Source: Chloroflexota bacterium (lineage in GTDB: Bacteria > Chloroflexota > UBA4733). Taken from it: a stretch of DNA of 64,000 nt. Positions 20,369 to 28,106 of the stretch are shown here, piece by piece. A program made the position numbers and the translations under genes. How positions within the stretch are numbered: position 1 is the first letter of the stretch; the number at the start of each line of letters is the position of its first letter. The stretch lies in NCBI GenBank assembly GCA_023381555.1, contig JAMCRV010000091.1:9556-73555 (forward strand), read 5' to 3'. A model generated the notes under the pieces. That model did no database searches. It was not told the origin of the DNA and saw nothing but the letters and a program-made list of their open reading frames with translations.

Positions 20369-21625
20369 GTGTTGAGGGCTTCCGTATTGCCTACGCTAAG
20401 GTCCACCGTAGAATGCGATAATGTGCATATTCTCCAGGTCGCTCCAGGATATACGCCATACGTCGGCGCCGCCGTAAACCTCGTGCGCTCGCTTAGAGGG
20501 CAGTGGATTAACCTTGGCCACCGCGTCACGTTAGTCGCTCCAAAGCCACACCCCAGACTGCAATGGATGCGCGAGGCGACTGCCGACAGCGGAGATGATG
20601 GATTGGGTAGAGTTGCTCGCGTGCCTCTCCTGTTTGCCAGCCGCCGTGGTGTCTGGATCGTTTCCGCGCCGCGCTTCTACCATACTATTCGTCACATCTG
20701 CCGGACCGACCGCCCTGATGTCGTTTTTGTCCACTACGTTCCCTGGAACTGCCTTGGATGGGCCGCCTATATGGCAGCTCATCCGCTCAATATTCCAGTC
20801 GTTGCGCGCGTTCATGACATTTATCGCCCAGTTGGTATGAAGGACCGCTTCTTCGATCTGGTGAATAACCGTGCATTGCTGCCCCGGCTAAGCCACATCG
20901 AGGCGACGAACCAGAGTTCGCGTTGCTACCTCTCGCGTACGTACAGTATCGCCGACAACCGCGTGCTCATCAGACCCAATGGCCTTAACCTCGACCGGTA
21001 TCGGCCTCTTGGTCAGGCGCTAGAGAGTGGGAATTGCGCACCAACAATTTGTTATGTTGGGGCGCTGAACGGGCATCGAGGACTTGAGCAAATGGCAGCA
21101 ATTTACGCCCGCGTGCGGGCGAAGGTGTCTGACTGCAAGTTGCTGATCATTGGAGATGGTGCTGGCAGGCAGCAGTTGCTCGCGGAGGCCGACCGTCTGG
21201 GCATTACCGACAGCATAGAAATCACCGGTGCATTATCTGTGCCCTTGATGGTCAATCGGTTGCGCGACGTGCATGTCGGTCTCGGTACATTCGATACTGC
21301 CAGCAACTACGCTGAGTTCCAGATGCTCACAAAAGCGCTGGACTATACCGCGATGGGCATCCCCTGGGTGTCCTTCAGCACCCCCGGCGTCCAGGATCTT
21401 TGTCACAGCGTCGGATCCGGGATAGCCGTTCCAGCCGATATCGAGGTGGCAGCCGAAACCGTGGCAGCGCTGCTCCTAAATAAAAATATGCGGCGCGACA
21501 TGGCCCATCGCGGTCTCAGCAATATCGAGCGCTACGACTGGCGGCGGCAGGCAGAACAGATCGCGGACGACATGAAGCGGGCTGTCATCTCTTCTCGGGA
21601 ACAGCGAACAAAGGAGGGGGGATAA
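20369..21625 (+). CDS. GT4-family glycosyltransferase.
   Basis: Conserved GT4 Rossmann halves are present, including LLIIGDGAGRQQLLAEADRLGITDSIEITG. Confidence 0.75.
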   Translation: MLRASVLPTLRSTVECDNVHILQVAPGYTPYVGAAVNLVRSLRGQWINLGHRVTLVAPKPHPRLQWMREATADSGDDGLGRVARVPLLFASRRGVWIVSAPRFYHTIRHICRTDRPDVVFVHYVPWNCLGWAAYMAAHPLNIPVVARVHDIYRPVGMKDRFFDLVNNRALLPRLSHIEATNQSSRCYLSRTYSIADNRVLIRPNGLNLDRYRPLGQALESGNCAPTICYVGALNGHRGLEQMAAIYARVRAKVSDCKLLIIGDGAGRQQLLAEADRLGITDSIEITGALSVPLMVNRLRDVHVGLGTFDTASNYAEFQMLTKALDYTAMGIPWVSFSTPGVQDLCHSVGSGIAVPADIEVAAETVAALLLNKNMRRDMAHRGLSNIERYDWRRQAEQIADDMKRAVISSREQRTKEGG

Positions 21626-21630
21626 CAGCG

Positions 21631-22773
21631 GTGATTCACGTCGTCATCGCTTCGAAAAGTTATACATTGCGGACATTTCAGGAGCAGCTGGCCTGTGTGG
21701 CAGAGGCACCGGATATCCGCATCACGCTGCTCAGCCCGGCTGGGTGGCCAAGCATGCCACTTGAGTCCCTTATGACACATCACCCGAGAGTCGATATCCA
21801 GTTGCTGCCGTCGCTCTTCCTTGGGAAGCACGCCTTGTGGTCTATGCCGAGTTGCTATCCGGCTCTACGACGCTTGCGACCGGACATTTTACACTTCGAT
21901 GAGTTCTACACCGTTCATTCGTTTCTCTCTTCTTTTAGCGGCATGCTGTATGGGATTCCCTCTATTTTCAGCACCTATCAGAACATCTACCGGCAATATC
22001 CACTCCCGTTCTCTGCGATCGAGCGCTTTGTGCTGAGGCATTCTTCCGGCGCTATCGCACATAGCGAGGGTGCCGCCTCCGTTCTCCGGCGGAAGGGGTT
22101 CAAAGGGAGGACGGTGATAACGCAGGATCTTGGGGTAGATACGGCGCTTTTTACACCAGGTCCACGCAGGCAAATGGCACTGCCGTACGAACAACTCAGA
22201 GTGGGCTTTGCCGGCCGGTTGGTCCGTGCCAAGGGCGTGGACGTGCTGGTTGACGCGTTCGCGCGCCTGGCTCCCGGGCCCCATCTCTATCTTGCCGGTG
22301 ACGGCCCCCTTGGGGCGGAGCTCCAACAGATCATCGCGAGACTGCACACCGAAGGACGCGTGCATTTGTTTGGTCATCAGCCGTCAAGTAGAATGGCAGT
22401 GTTTATGAACGAAGTTGACGTCCTCGTGTTGCCGTCGCGGACGACCCTAACCTGGAAAGAGCAATTCGGACGGGTTCTGGTGGAGGCGATGGCAACCGGC
22501 ATGCCGGTTCTTGGATCAGATAGCGGTGAGATCCCGGCGGTTATTGGCGATGCAGGACTCATCCACCGCGAAGGAGATGCTGAACAACTCGCGGCGCAGC
22601 TCGCGGGTGTCCTGCAAGATGATGCGCTGCGCCGGAGTCTGGGGGATGCGGCACGACGGCGCGCGACCGAGAATTACGATACGCGCCATCTGGCACACCG
22701 GCGTGCGGCGTTCTATCGATCTGTTGTAGGCACTCCCACGCCGTCAAAGGGGGTGCCGCCAGTTGCGCCATAG
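21631..22773 (+). CDS. GT4-family glycosyltransferase.
   Basis: A GT4 C-domain signature is present (GRLVRAKGVDVLVDAF...LAGDGPLGAELQ...EQFGRVLVEAMATGMPVLGSDSGEIP). It has a GTG start with a strong AAGGAGGGGGG ribosome-binding site. Confidence 0.8.
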   Translation: MIHVVIASKSYTLRTFQEQLACVAEAPDIRITLLSPAGWPSMPLESLMTHHPRVDIQLLPSLFLGKHALWSMPSCYPALRRLRPDILHFDEFYTVHSFLSSFSGMLYGIPSIFSTYQNIYRQYPLPFSAIERFVLRHSSGAIAHSEGAASVLRRKGFKGRTVITQDLGVDTALFTPGPRRQMALPYEQLRVGFAGRLVRAKGVDVLVDAFARLAPGPHLYLAGDGPLGAELQQIIARLHTEGRVHLFGHQPSSRMAVFMNEVDVLVLPSRTTLTWKEQFGRVLVEAMATGMPVLGSDSGEIPAVIGDAGLIHREGDAEQLAAQLAGVLQDDALRRSLGDAARRRATENYDTRHLAHRRAAFYRSVVGTPTPSKGVPPVAP

Positions 22774-23011
22774 GGAATACCGGCTATCTGCTGATAATTT
22801 GGTGGGCCTGCTGCGGTTCTTGGCGTTCCGTTTCAGGCATCCGGGACGGGCCGCCGGAGACCTGGTGTATTTGGGATCAGGGGCCCACATCGTCTTTGAG
22901 CGGTCAGGGCGGCTTGAGATCGGGCAAGGCGCCTATATCGGCCGCGACTTTGATGCCTACTGTGGCGGCAAACTCCGGAACGGAAGGACGTGCCGGCCGT
23001 CTTGCACATAG
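22763..23011 (+). pseudogene. N-terminal fragment of a hexapeptide-repeat (LbH) acyl/acetyltransferase, in the WcaF / maltose O-acetyltransferase-like family.
   Basis: The sequence LVGLLRFLAFRFRHPGRAAGDLVYLGSGAHIVFERSGRLEIGQGAYIGRDFDAY has the characteristic LbH N-terminal pattern. It stops after ~80 aa and is directly fused to the next fragment. Confidence 0.45.
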
Positions 23012-23322
23012 CGGACTACGTCCTCGTCCCGTCGTGGCAAGAGCCATTCGGCCTGGTCGTCATCGAGGCGATGGCTGCCGGCAAGGTGGTCATCGCAACC
23101 AACGTCGGCGGGCCGAGCGAGGTCATACGAGATGGAGAGACGGGCTTTCTCATCTCTCCCCACTCGGGAGACGCAATCGCCGCGGCCGTCGTGCGCTGCA
23201 TTCAGCAACCCGCGCAAGCCAGCCAGATCGCCCGAGCCGCACAGCGGGACGTGGCGCAGCGCTTCAGCTTGGACGCCTTCGCGGGCGCGCTGATCCGGGT
23301 ATACGCATCGGCTATGGCGTGA
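22990..23322 (+). pseudogene. C-terminal ~110-aa fragment of a GT4 glycosyltransferase.
   Basis: ADYVLVPSWQEPFGLVVIEAMAAGKVVIATNVGGPSEVIRDGETGFLISP is the GT4 C-terminal E-x7-E region. No N-terminal domain is present. Confidence 0.55.
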
Positions 23323-23344
23323 TAATGGAAAGGGAAGCTGCCTG

Positions 23345-24505
23345 ATGGCGGCCGGTGGTGAGCGTACGCTCACGTACTCATTCCTCAGCAAGCTCGGCGG
23401 CAAGAGCATGTCGGCAGCGGCCCACGTCGACGTGTCTACTTTGATCCGTGACGGATGGCGCGGAGAAGTACTGGCTCCCTCTTTTGCGCGGCCGGTGCAG
23501 GGCGCGTGGCGCCAGCGCTCTACCATGCCGGGCTTCGCACCGATCGTGTACCGCATGCCCAACTTCAAACAGGATTGGGGTGGCTTTGTGCGTGACACGC
23601 TGCACGACGCACTGGCGGCACGACTGATGACCGGTTCGGCTGTCTTCCACGGTTGGGCCAGGGGGTCATCCCGCTCACTTGAGCGTGCGCGTGCGTTCGG
23701 CGCTTTCTGCATCATCGAGATCGCCACGTCCCACGCCGCCGAGCAGAACGCGCTGCTCAACCGGGAGCGGCGGGAGTTTGGCTACACCGAGCGTCCGGAG
23801 CATCATCCGTGGAGCCTCAAGCGACACGAGGCGGAGTATGCAGCGGCCGACGCTGTCCTGGTCTGGTCAACGGCGGCGCGGGACTCGTTTCTAGCGCGCG
23901 GTATGGCGGCTGGGAAGGTCTTCCTGCATCCTCCGCGCTACAGCTTTCGTGCCCGTGCTAGCAGCGAGCGCGCACCGGCCAGTCCTCTGCGCGTGCTGTT
24001 CGTCGGCCAGGTCTGTCTCCGTAAGGGCGTACATTACCTCCTCCAGGCTTGGGAGTTGCTGCGCCATCCCTCGGCAGAACTCTGGCTCTGCGGCGATGTA
24101 GGAGCTGACATCCAGCCCTATCTGCGTAGCCATCCTCTACCCGGTAGTGTGAAGTTGACCGGTTTTGTGCAGGATCCTTCGCCCCTCTTCGAAGCGGCTA
24201 CGGTGTTCGTCTTGCCGTCGATTGAGGACGGATTTGGACTCGTTGTGGCCGAGGCGATGAGCTACGGAGTACCCGTTGTTGTGAGCGAGAACGTCGGCGC
24301 GCGCGATCTCGTGCGCGATGGCGAGTCCGGTGTGGTGGTGCCGATCCGGAACGCCGCTGCTCTGGCCCAGGCGCTGGAGCGATTGCTTTCGGCGCCCGAC
24401 GCGGCGCTGGGGATGGGAGCAAGAGGGCGGGATCTGTTAGCCGAACGCGCCGCGCGCAGCCCATCGATCGCCGGTATTTACGACAAACTGCTTCACCAGA
24501 GGTGA
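23345..24505 (+). CDS. GT4-family glycosyltransferase.
   Basis: A GT4 signature is present (LRVLFVGQVCLRKGVHYLL...VFVLPSIEDGFGLVVAEAMSYGVPVVVSENVGARDLVRDGESGVVVP). Confidence 0.8.
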   Translation: MAAGGERTLTYSFLSKLGGKSMSAAAHVDVSTLIRDGWRGEVLAPSFARPVQGAWRQRSTMPGFAPIVYRMPNFKQDWGGFVRDTLHDALAARLMTGSAVFHGWARGSSRSLERARAFGAFCIIEIATSHAAEQNALLNRERREFGYTERPEHHPWSLKRHEAEYAAADAVLVWSTAARDSFLARGMAAGKVFLHPPRYSFRARASSERAPASPLRVLFVGQVCLRKGVHYLLQAWELLRHPSAELWLCGDVGADIQPYLRSHPLPGSVKLTGFVQDPSPLFEAATVFVLPSIEDGFGLVVAEAMSYGVPVVVSENVGARDLVRDGESGVVVPIRNAAALAQALERLLSAPDAALGMGARGRDLLAERAARSPSIAGIYDKLLHQR

Positions 24506-24586
24506 GGCTCCGGAGCATTTCATGACCCCTGCCGAACAGTTTGGCGTATCACGATTGGAAGCCGTTCTCAGCAAGAAGGGGTGTAT

Positions 24587-25573
24587 ATGACGACCCGGAC
24601 GGGACTGGACACTCTCGAGGAGGCATTGAAGTGCGTGGTCGACTACGGGCTGCACATCGGCTTGCTCGTCCCACCGCTCTGGTCATTTTTGGAAGGCGCC
24701 ACGGTGTGGGCCGGCCACCGCTGGCCCGACTCCCGAATCACAGGAGCGCTGGCATTTCGTCTAAGGGAAGTATCGCTTCGCTGGTCGCCTTCGGCCATTT
24801 CAAGAGTGGCCATGCTACCAACCGGCGCTCGCTTGGCTCTGTCCCTGCAAGACTATTATCACTACCGTCTGTACTTCACAGGCCTGTTCGAACCTGGCAC
24901 AACGGCGCTGGTGAGGAAACTGCTTCGACCTAACGATGTCTTCATCGATATTGGCGCGAACATCGGTTTCTATTCCTGCACCGCTGCTGCACTTCAGGCC
25001 CGCGTCCACGCCTTCGAGCCGAACCCGTCCCTCTCCCGGTTTCTCGAACAGTCCCGAGTTCTCAACGGCTGGGGCGAGCGGCTGACGGTCAACACGTGCG
25101 CAGTTGCGTCCACTGCAGGCCGGGCCGAGTTCTTCTTGAGCACAAACCAGGAGAACAGCGGGCTCTCTTCCTTACTCCCCCTAGATCACCTGTCGACTGC
25201 CGAAAAGCTCGTTGTGCCGACAACGACGCTCGACGCCTATTGCTCCGCGCATGGCATCGATCACGTCCGACTCATCAAGATAGATGTCGAAGGCGGCGAG
25301 CGGGACGTCCTAACCGGCGCTGCGCGGGTCCTGCAAGACGTCCGGCCGGACGCCGTCATCTGTGAGCTCAGCAGCTTCGGCGGCGGTAGCAAACCCGCTG
25401 ACGTCTTGCATCTTCTCGAGGAGGCCGGCTACGTTCCCTACGAGATCGCTGAAAATGGAAACGGTCTACTGCGCACCTACTCGGGCATGGAAACGGAGAC
25501 GAACTGGGGACCACCCAACCTGTGCTTCCTTAGGGGCAGCCCCGCCGAGCTTGGGCTGATCAGCGCTTGCTGA
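24587..25573 (+). CDS. FkbM-family SAM-dependent methyltransferase.
   Basis: An FkbM-family glycine-rich SAM motif is present (VFIDIGANIGFYS) along with downstream FkbM-family features. The ATG at 24587 has a ribosome-binding site; the ORF track begins at 24581 (GTG). Confidence 0.8.
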   Translation: MTTRTGLDTLEEALKCVVDYGLHIGLLVPPLWSFLEGATVWAGHRWPDSRITGALAFRLREVSLRWSPSAISRVAMLPTGARLALSLQDYYHYRLYFTGLFEPGTTALVRKLLRPNDVFIDIGANIGFYSCTAAALQARVHAFEPNPSLSRFLEQSRVLNGWGERLTVNTCAVASTAGRAEFFLSTNQENSGLSSLLPLDHLSTAEKLVVPTTTLDAYCSAHGIDHVRLIKIDVEGGERDVLTGAARVLQDVRPDAVICELSSFGGGSKPADVLHLLEEAGYVPYEIAENGNGLLRTYSGMETETNWGPPNLCFLRGSPAELGLISAC

Positions 25574-25646
25574 GCGTAGCATACAGCGCGGCGACCTGGG
25601 CAGCAGTGGCTTGCACTGTGAATTGTTCCTGAACTCGACGCCGGCC

Positions 25647-25697
25647 CGCGCGATCTCGTGCGCGATGGCGAGTCCAGTGTGGTGGTGCCGTCCGCGA
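25647..25697 (+). repeat. Near-exact duplicate (~50 bp) of an internal segment of the GT4 gene at 24300-24350.
   Basis: The segment CGCGCGATCTCGTGCGCGATGGCGAGTCC(A/G)GTGTGGTGGTGCCG occurs at both loci with 2-3 mismatches. The second copy lies outside any GT reading frame, at the junction with a transposase fragment. Confidence 0.7.
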
Positions 25698-25699
25698 CG

Positions 25700-25995
25700 G
25701 TACCGGCCAACATCTGGTAGTCGATGGGCACGCCACCCGCTGCCGTCACCGTCGCGGCGATCTCCACCTGCTGGCAGTCGGGACGGTGATCCCGGCTGTA
25801 GCCATAGGTCATGAGCTCCGCCTCCTCGTAGGCGCCAAAGAAGCTGATGGAGGTGAGGTCATAGCAGAGTTGCGACCGGTCCAGGTCAAACGTCACGATC
25901 GCCCGCAGGACCACCTCCTGCCACAGCTCGTCGCGGTGCGGGACCAGGGCATCAAGCGTCCGCGCCAGCCGGTCATCGTTCGCCTGCCCCGCCAT
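25700..25995 (-). mobile_element. Fragment of an IS1634/IS4-family DDE transposase.
   Basis: ...LTSISFFGAYEEAELMTYGYSRDHRPDCQQVEIAATVTAAGGVPIDYQ matches the conserved IS1634 G(Y/H)SKDHRPDLKQ region. Only about 100 aa are recognisable; the rest of the listed ORF (25477-25700) is antisense of unrelated sequence. Confidence 0.45.
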
Positions 25996-26059
25996 CGAAA
26001 AGCCACGGCTCGAACCGCACCTTGTCCGCAGAACTAGTGCGCTCGGTCCCTTGTAAGCC

Positions 26060-26608
26060 CTATTTTGTCACAATCTGCTGTTGCAATTCAGCCTCCGAAA
26101 GCGTCGCGGGAAGATCTGGTGATTCGGGATCTAGACGCTTCAGCGTGCCGTTCTGGTCAAGGTACAACCCTGGACTGCCACCAACAGGGATGTACTGGTC
26201 CGTGTCCCGGCCTGGCCCGAAAGTGAAGCGTTGGAGGAACACGACGTAAGAGCTACCGGACTGTACCAGTGGGGCTGAGTCCGTCAACCTGACATTGCCG
26301 CTCAGACTCCCCATCTGCCGCAGCTTGATCGACGGTCCATTCACGGATCCACGCAGAAATTGGTCCACCCTTACCACGGTGACCGTGTAGGGAATGGTAC
26401 CAATCGGTTCAACCGAGCGTGTATTGGTCGCGGTGACGCGAGCGACCGCCACCGCCTCGCTGTTCAGCTCTTGAAGCGAATGATAGTTCTTGAGCCTACT
26501 TGCCTCGATGAACTGGGGCGGCGTGCTGCCCGTAGCACTCTGACTACACGCGGCAAGTGAGATAATGGACGCAAATAGGAGGGCAAAAAGGACACGGGAG
26601 CGCCACAT
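26060..26608 (-). CDS. Hypothetical secreted lipoprotein.
   Basis: It has a signal peptide with a lipobox (LFALLFASIISLAAC). No recognisable domain was found. It is followed by an unusually AT-rich 50-bp upstream region at 26609-26660. Confidence 0.4.
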   Translation of the reverse strand: MWRSRVLFALLFASIISLAACSQSATGSTPPQFIEASRLKNYHSLQELNSEAVAVARVTATNTRSVEPIGTIPYTVTVVRVDQFLRGSVNGPSIKLRQMGSLSGNVRLTDSAPLVQSGSSYVVFLQRFTFGPGRDTDQYIPVGGSPGLYLDQNGTLKRLDPESPDLPATLSEAELQQQIVTK

Positions 26609-26642
26609 ATGATCCGCCTTTCCTCACTAATATATAGAGTTT

Positions 26643-27296
26643 ATGCCGTTGATATCATCTTGTTGGCCAGATATGGTCGCTGTTTCCTTCTCCGACCGCG
26701 TCGCTCCCCTGCGCGCCTTCGTCGAGGCAGGCCTTATCCTCGACCCCTGGCTGGCAGGGCTGGGCGAGGACTACTTTGCCTTCGGCAGCCAGGAGCTACT
26801 CTACCAGTTCAACCACTTCGCTGACTGGGACACGCAAGCGGCCAAGATCGCACCCGCTGCCGGCGACTATCGTCGTGCCTTCACCGCCTTCACCGGCATC
26901 GGACCAGGCATGCACGTGCTGGAGGCCGTCGTCAGCCTGGCCTATTGGGCCGGCCTGCGCATCAGCGAGATCGCCGCGCTGCGCAGCGCCGACTGCGACC
27001 TCAACCAGCGCGCCGGTGCGCTGCGGTTGGTCGACGCCAAAGGCGGCAAGACGCGCACCATCGACCTGCACAACCAGGCCCGCCGAGCACTCTTGGCCTA
27101 CTTACACGCGCCGGCCGGCACCTCCGATAGCCGGGATCCGGAAAGCGGGTACGTCTTCACGAGCCAGCGCGCGGCCTGGTTGCGCCAACAGGGCCGGCCA
27201 GACCATCTCTCGATGCGCGGCATCGAGCACCTCTGGCGTGGTCTCACGGCGCAGGCCACGCACGAAGAGTGGGCGGCGCTCCAGGGCGCGCTCTAG
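26643..27296 (+). pseudogene. Degenerate tyrosine recombinase (phage integrase/Xer-like), catalytic-domain fragment.
   Basis: The phage-integrase catalytic domain pattern is present through box I and the K region (LAYWAGLRISEIAALRSADCDLNQRAGALRLVDAKGGKTRTIDLHNQARRALLAYL...VFTSQRA). The N-terminal core-binding domain is missing, and the C-terminal HxxR...Y region is poorly conserved. Confidence 0.5.
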
Positions 27297-27299
27297 AAT

Positions 27300-27311
27300 G
27301 AAGTGCAACAC
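27300..27311. repeat. Left 12-bp inverted repeat (GAAGTGCAACAC), paired with 28057-28068.
   Basis: The reverse complement of AGTGTTGCACTTC (28056-28068) matches GAAGTGCAACACC (27300-27312) at 12 of 13 positions. Together they bracket the partial IS30 transposase ORF with ~770 bp between them. Confidence 0.5.
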
Positions 27312-28076
27312 CTCCGGTCCAAGGATGGCGGAGGTGAGCGAATGGGGGTAAGGAAGTGGTCACCAGAGCAGGTGGCCGGGAGGTCGCGGATGGGCTATCC
27401 CGAGGACAAGCAGTGGCACGTCTCCCATGAGACCATCTACCAGTTCATTTATGCCTATCCGGTGGGCGAGCTGCGCAGGGCGCTGGTAGCGGCGCTGCGC
27501 AAAGGCCACTCGAAGCGCAAGCCCAGGAGCCGTGGACAAGACCGGCGGGGGCAACTGCGGAATATGCGTTCCATCCGGGAACGTCCGGAGGAGGCCCAGG
27601 ACCGCGAGATACCGGGCCACTGGGAAGGTGACTTCATCAAGGGGGCATACAACGGCAGCGCCATTGGCACCCTGGTGGAACGCAGCAGCCGTTTTGTGCT
27701 TCTGGCCAGGATGGAGGGCACCGATGCCGACGCGGCCCTGGAGGGGTTCACCAGACGCCTGCGCAGCTTGCCCAAATCCGTCTTGCATACCCTCACCTAT
27801 GACCAGGGCAAGGAGATGGCGCGGCACGAGGAGCTGGAGCGCAAGGCTGACCCGCATAGTCCCTGGCAGCGCCCGACCAATGAGAATACCAATGGTCTGT
27901 TACGCCAGTATTTCCCCAAGGGAACGGATTTATCGGGATATTCGCAGCGGCACTTGACGCAGGTGGCGGAGGAACTCAATAATCGCCCAAGGAAATCCTT
28001 GGGATTCCGAACACCAGCCGAAGTAATGGCGCAACAAATCAGGCAGTTAAACAGCAGTGTTGCACTTCAAATTTGA
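27303..28076 (+). mobile_element. Partial IS30-family transposase gene; the N-terminal HTH region is missing.
   Basis: The DDE region is present (HWEGDFI...TYDQGKEMARH...SPWQRPTNENTNGLLRQYFPKGTDLSGYS). At 257 aa it is shorter than full-length IS30 transposases (~320-380 aa), and it starts at GTG inside the left inverted repeat. Confidence 0.8.
28057..28068. repeat. Right inverted repeat of the IS30-like element.
   Basis: See the left repeat. It is adjacent to the palindrome TTCAAATTTGAA (28066-28077), which overlaps the transposase stop. Confidence 0.5.
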
Positions 28077-28106
28077 AACCGCCCCCTCAAAAAATGCCGG
28101 CTCCCC

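Noticed and set aside
25477-25700. The C-terminal half of the listed 172-aa minus ORF, which continues past the IS1634-like motif.
   Set aside because: This part is antisense to the FkbM 3' end and the duplicated GT segment. Only ~25700-25995 carries transposase similarity.
26776-27351. A 191-aa Arg/Pro/Ser-rich ORF.
   Set aside because: It is an alternative frame of the integrase-fragment region. Its composition is typical of an out-of-frame high-GC translation.
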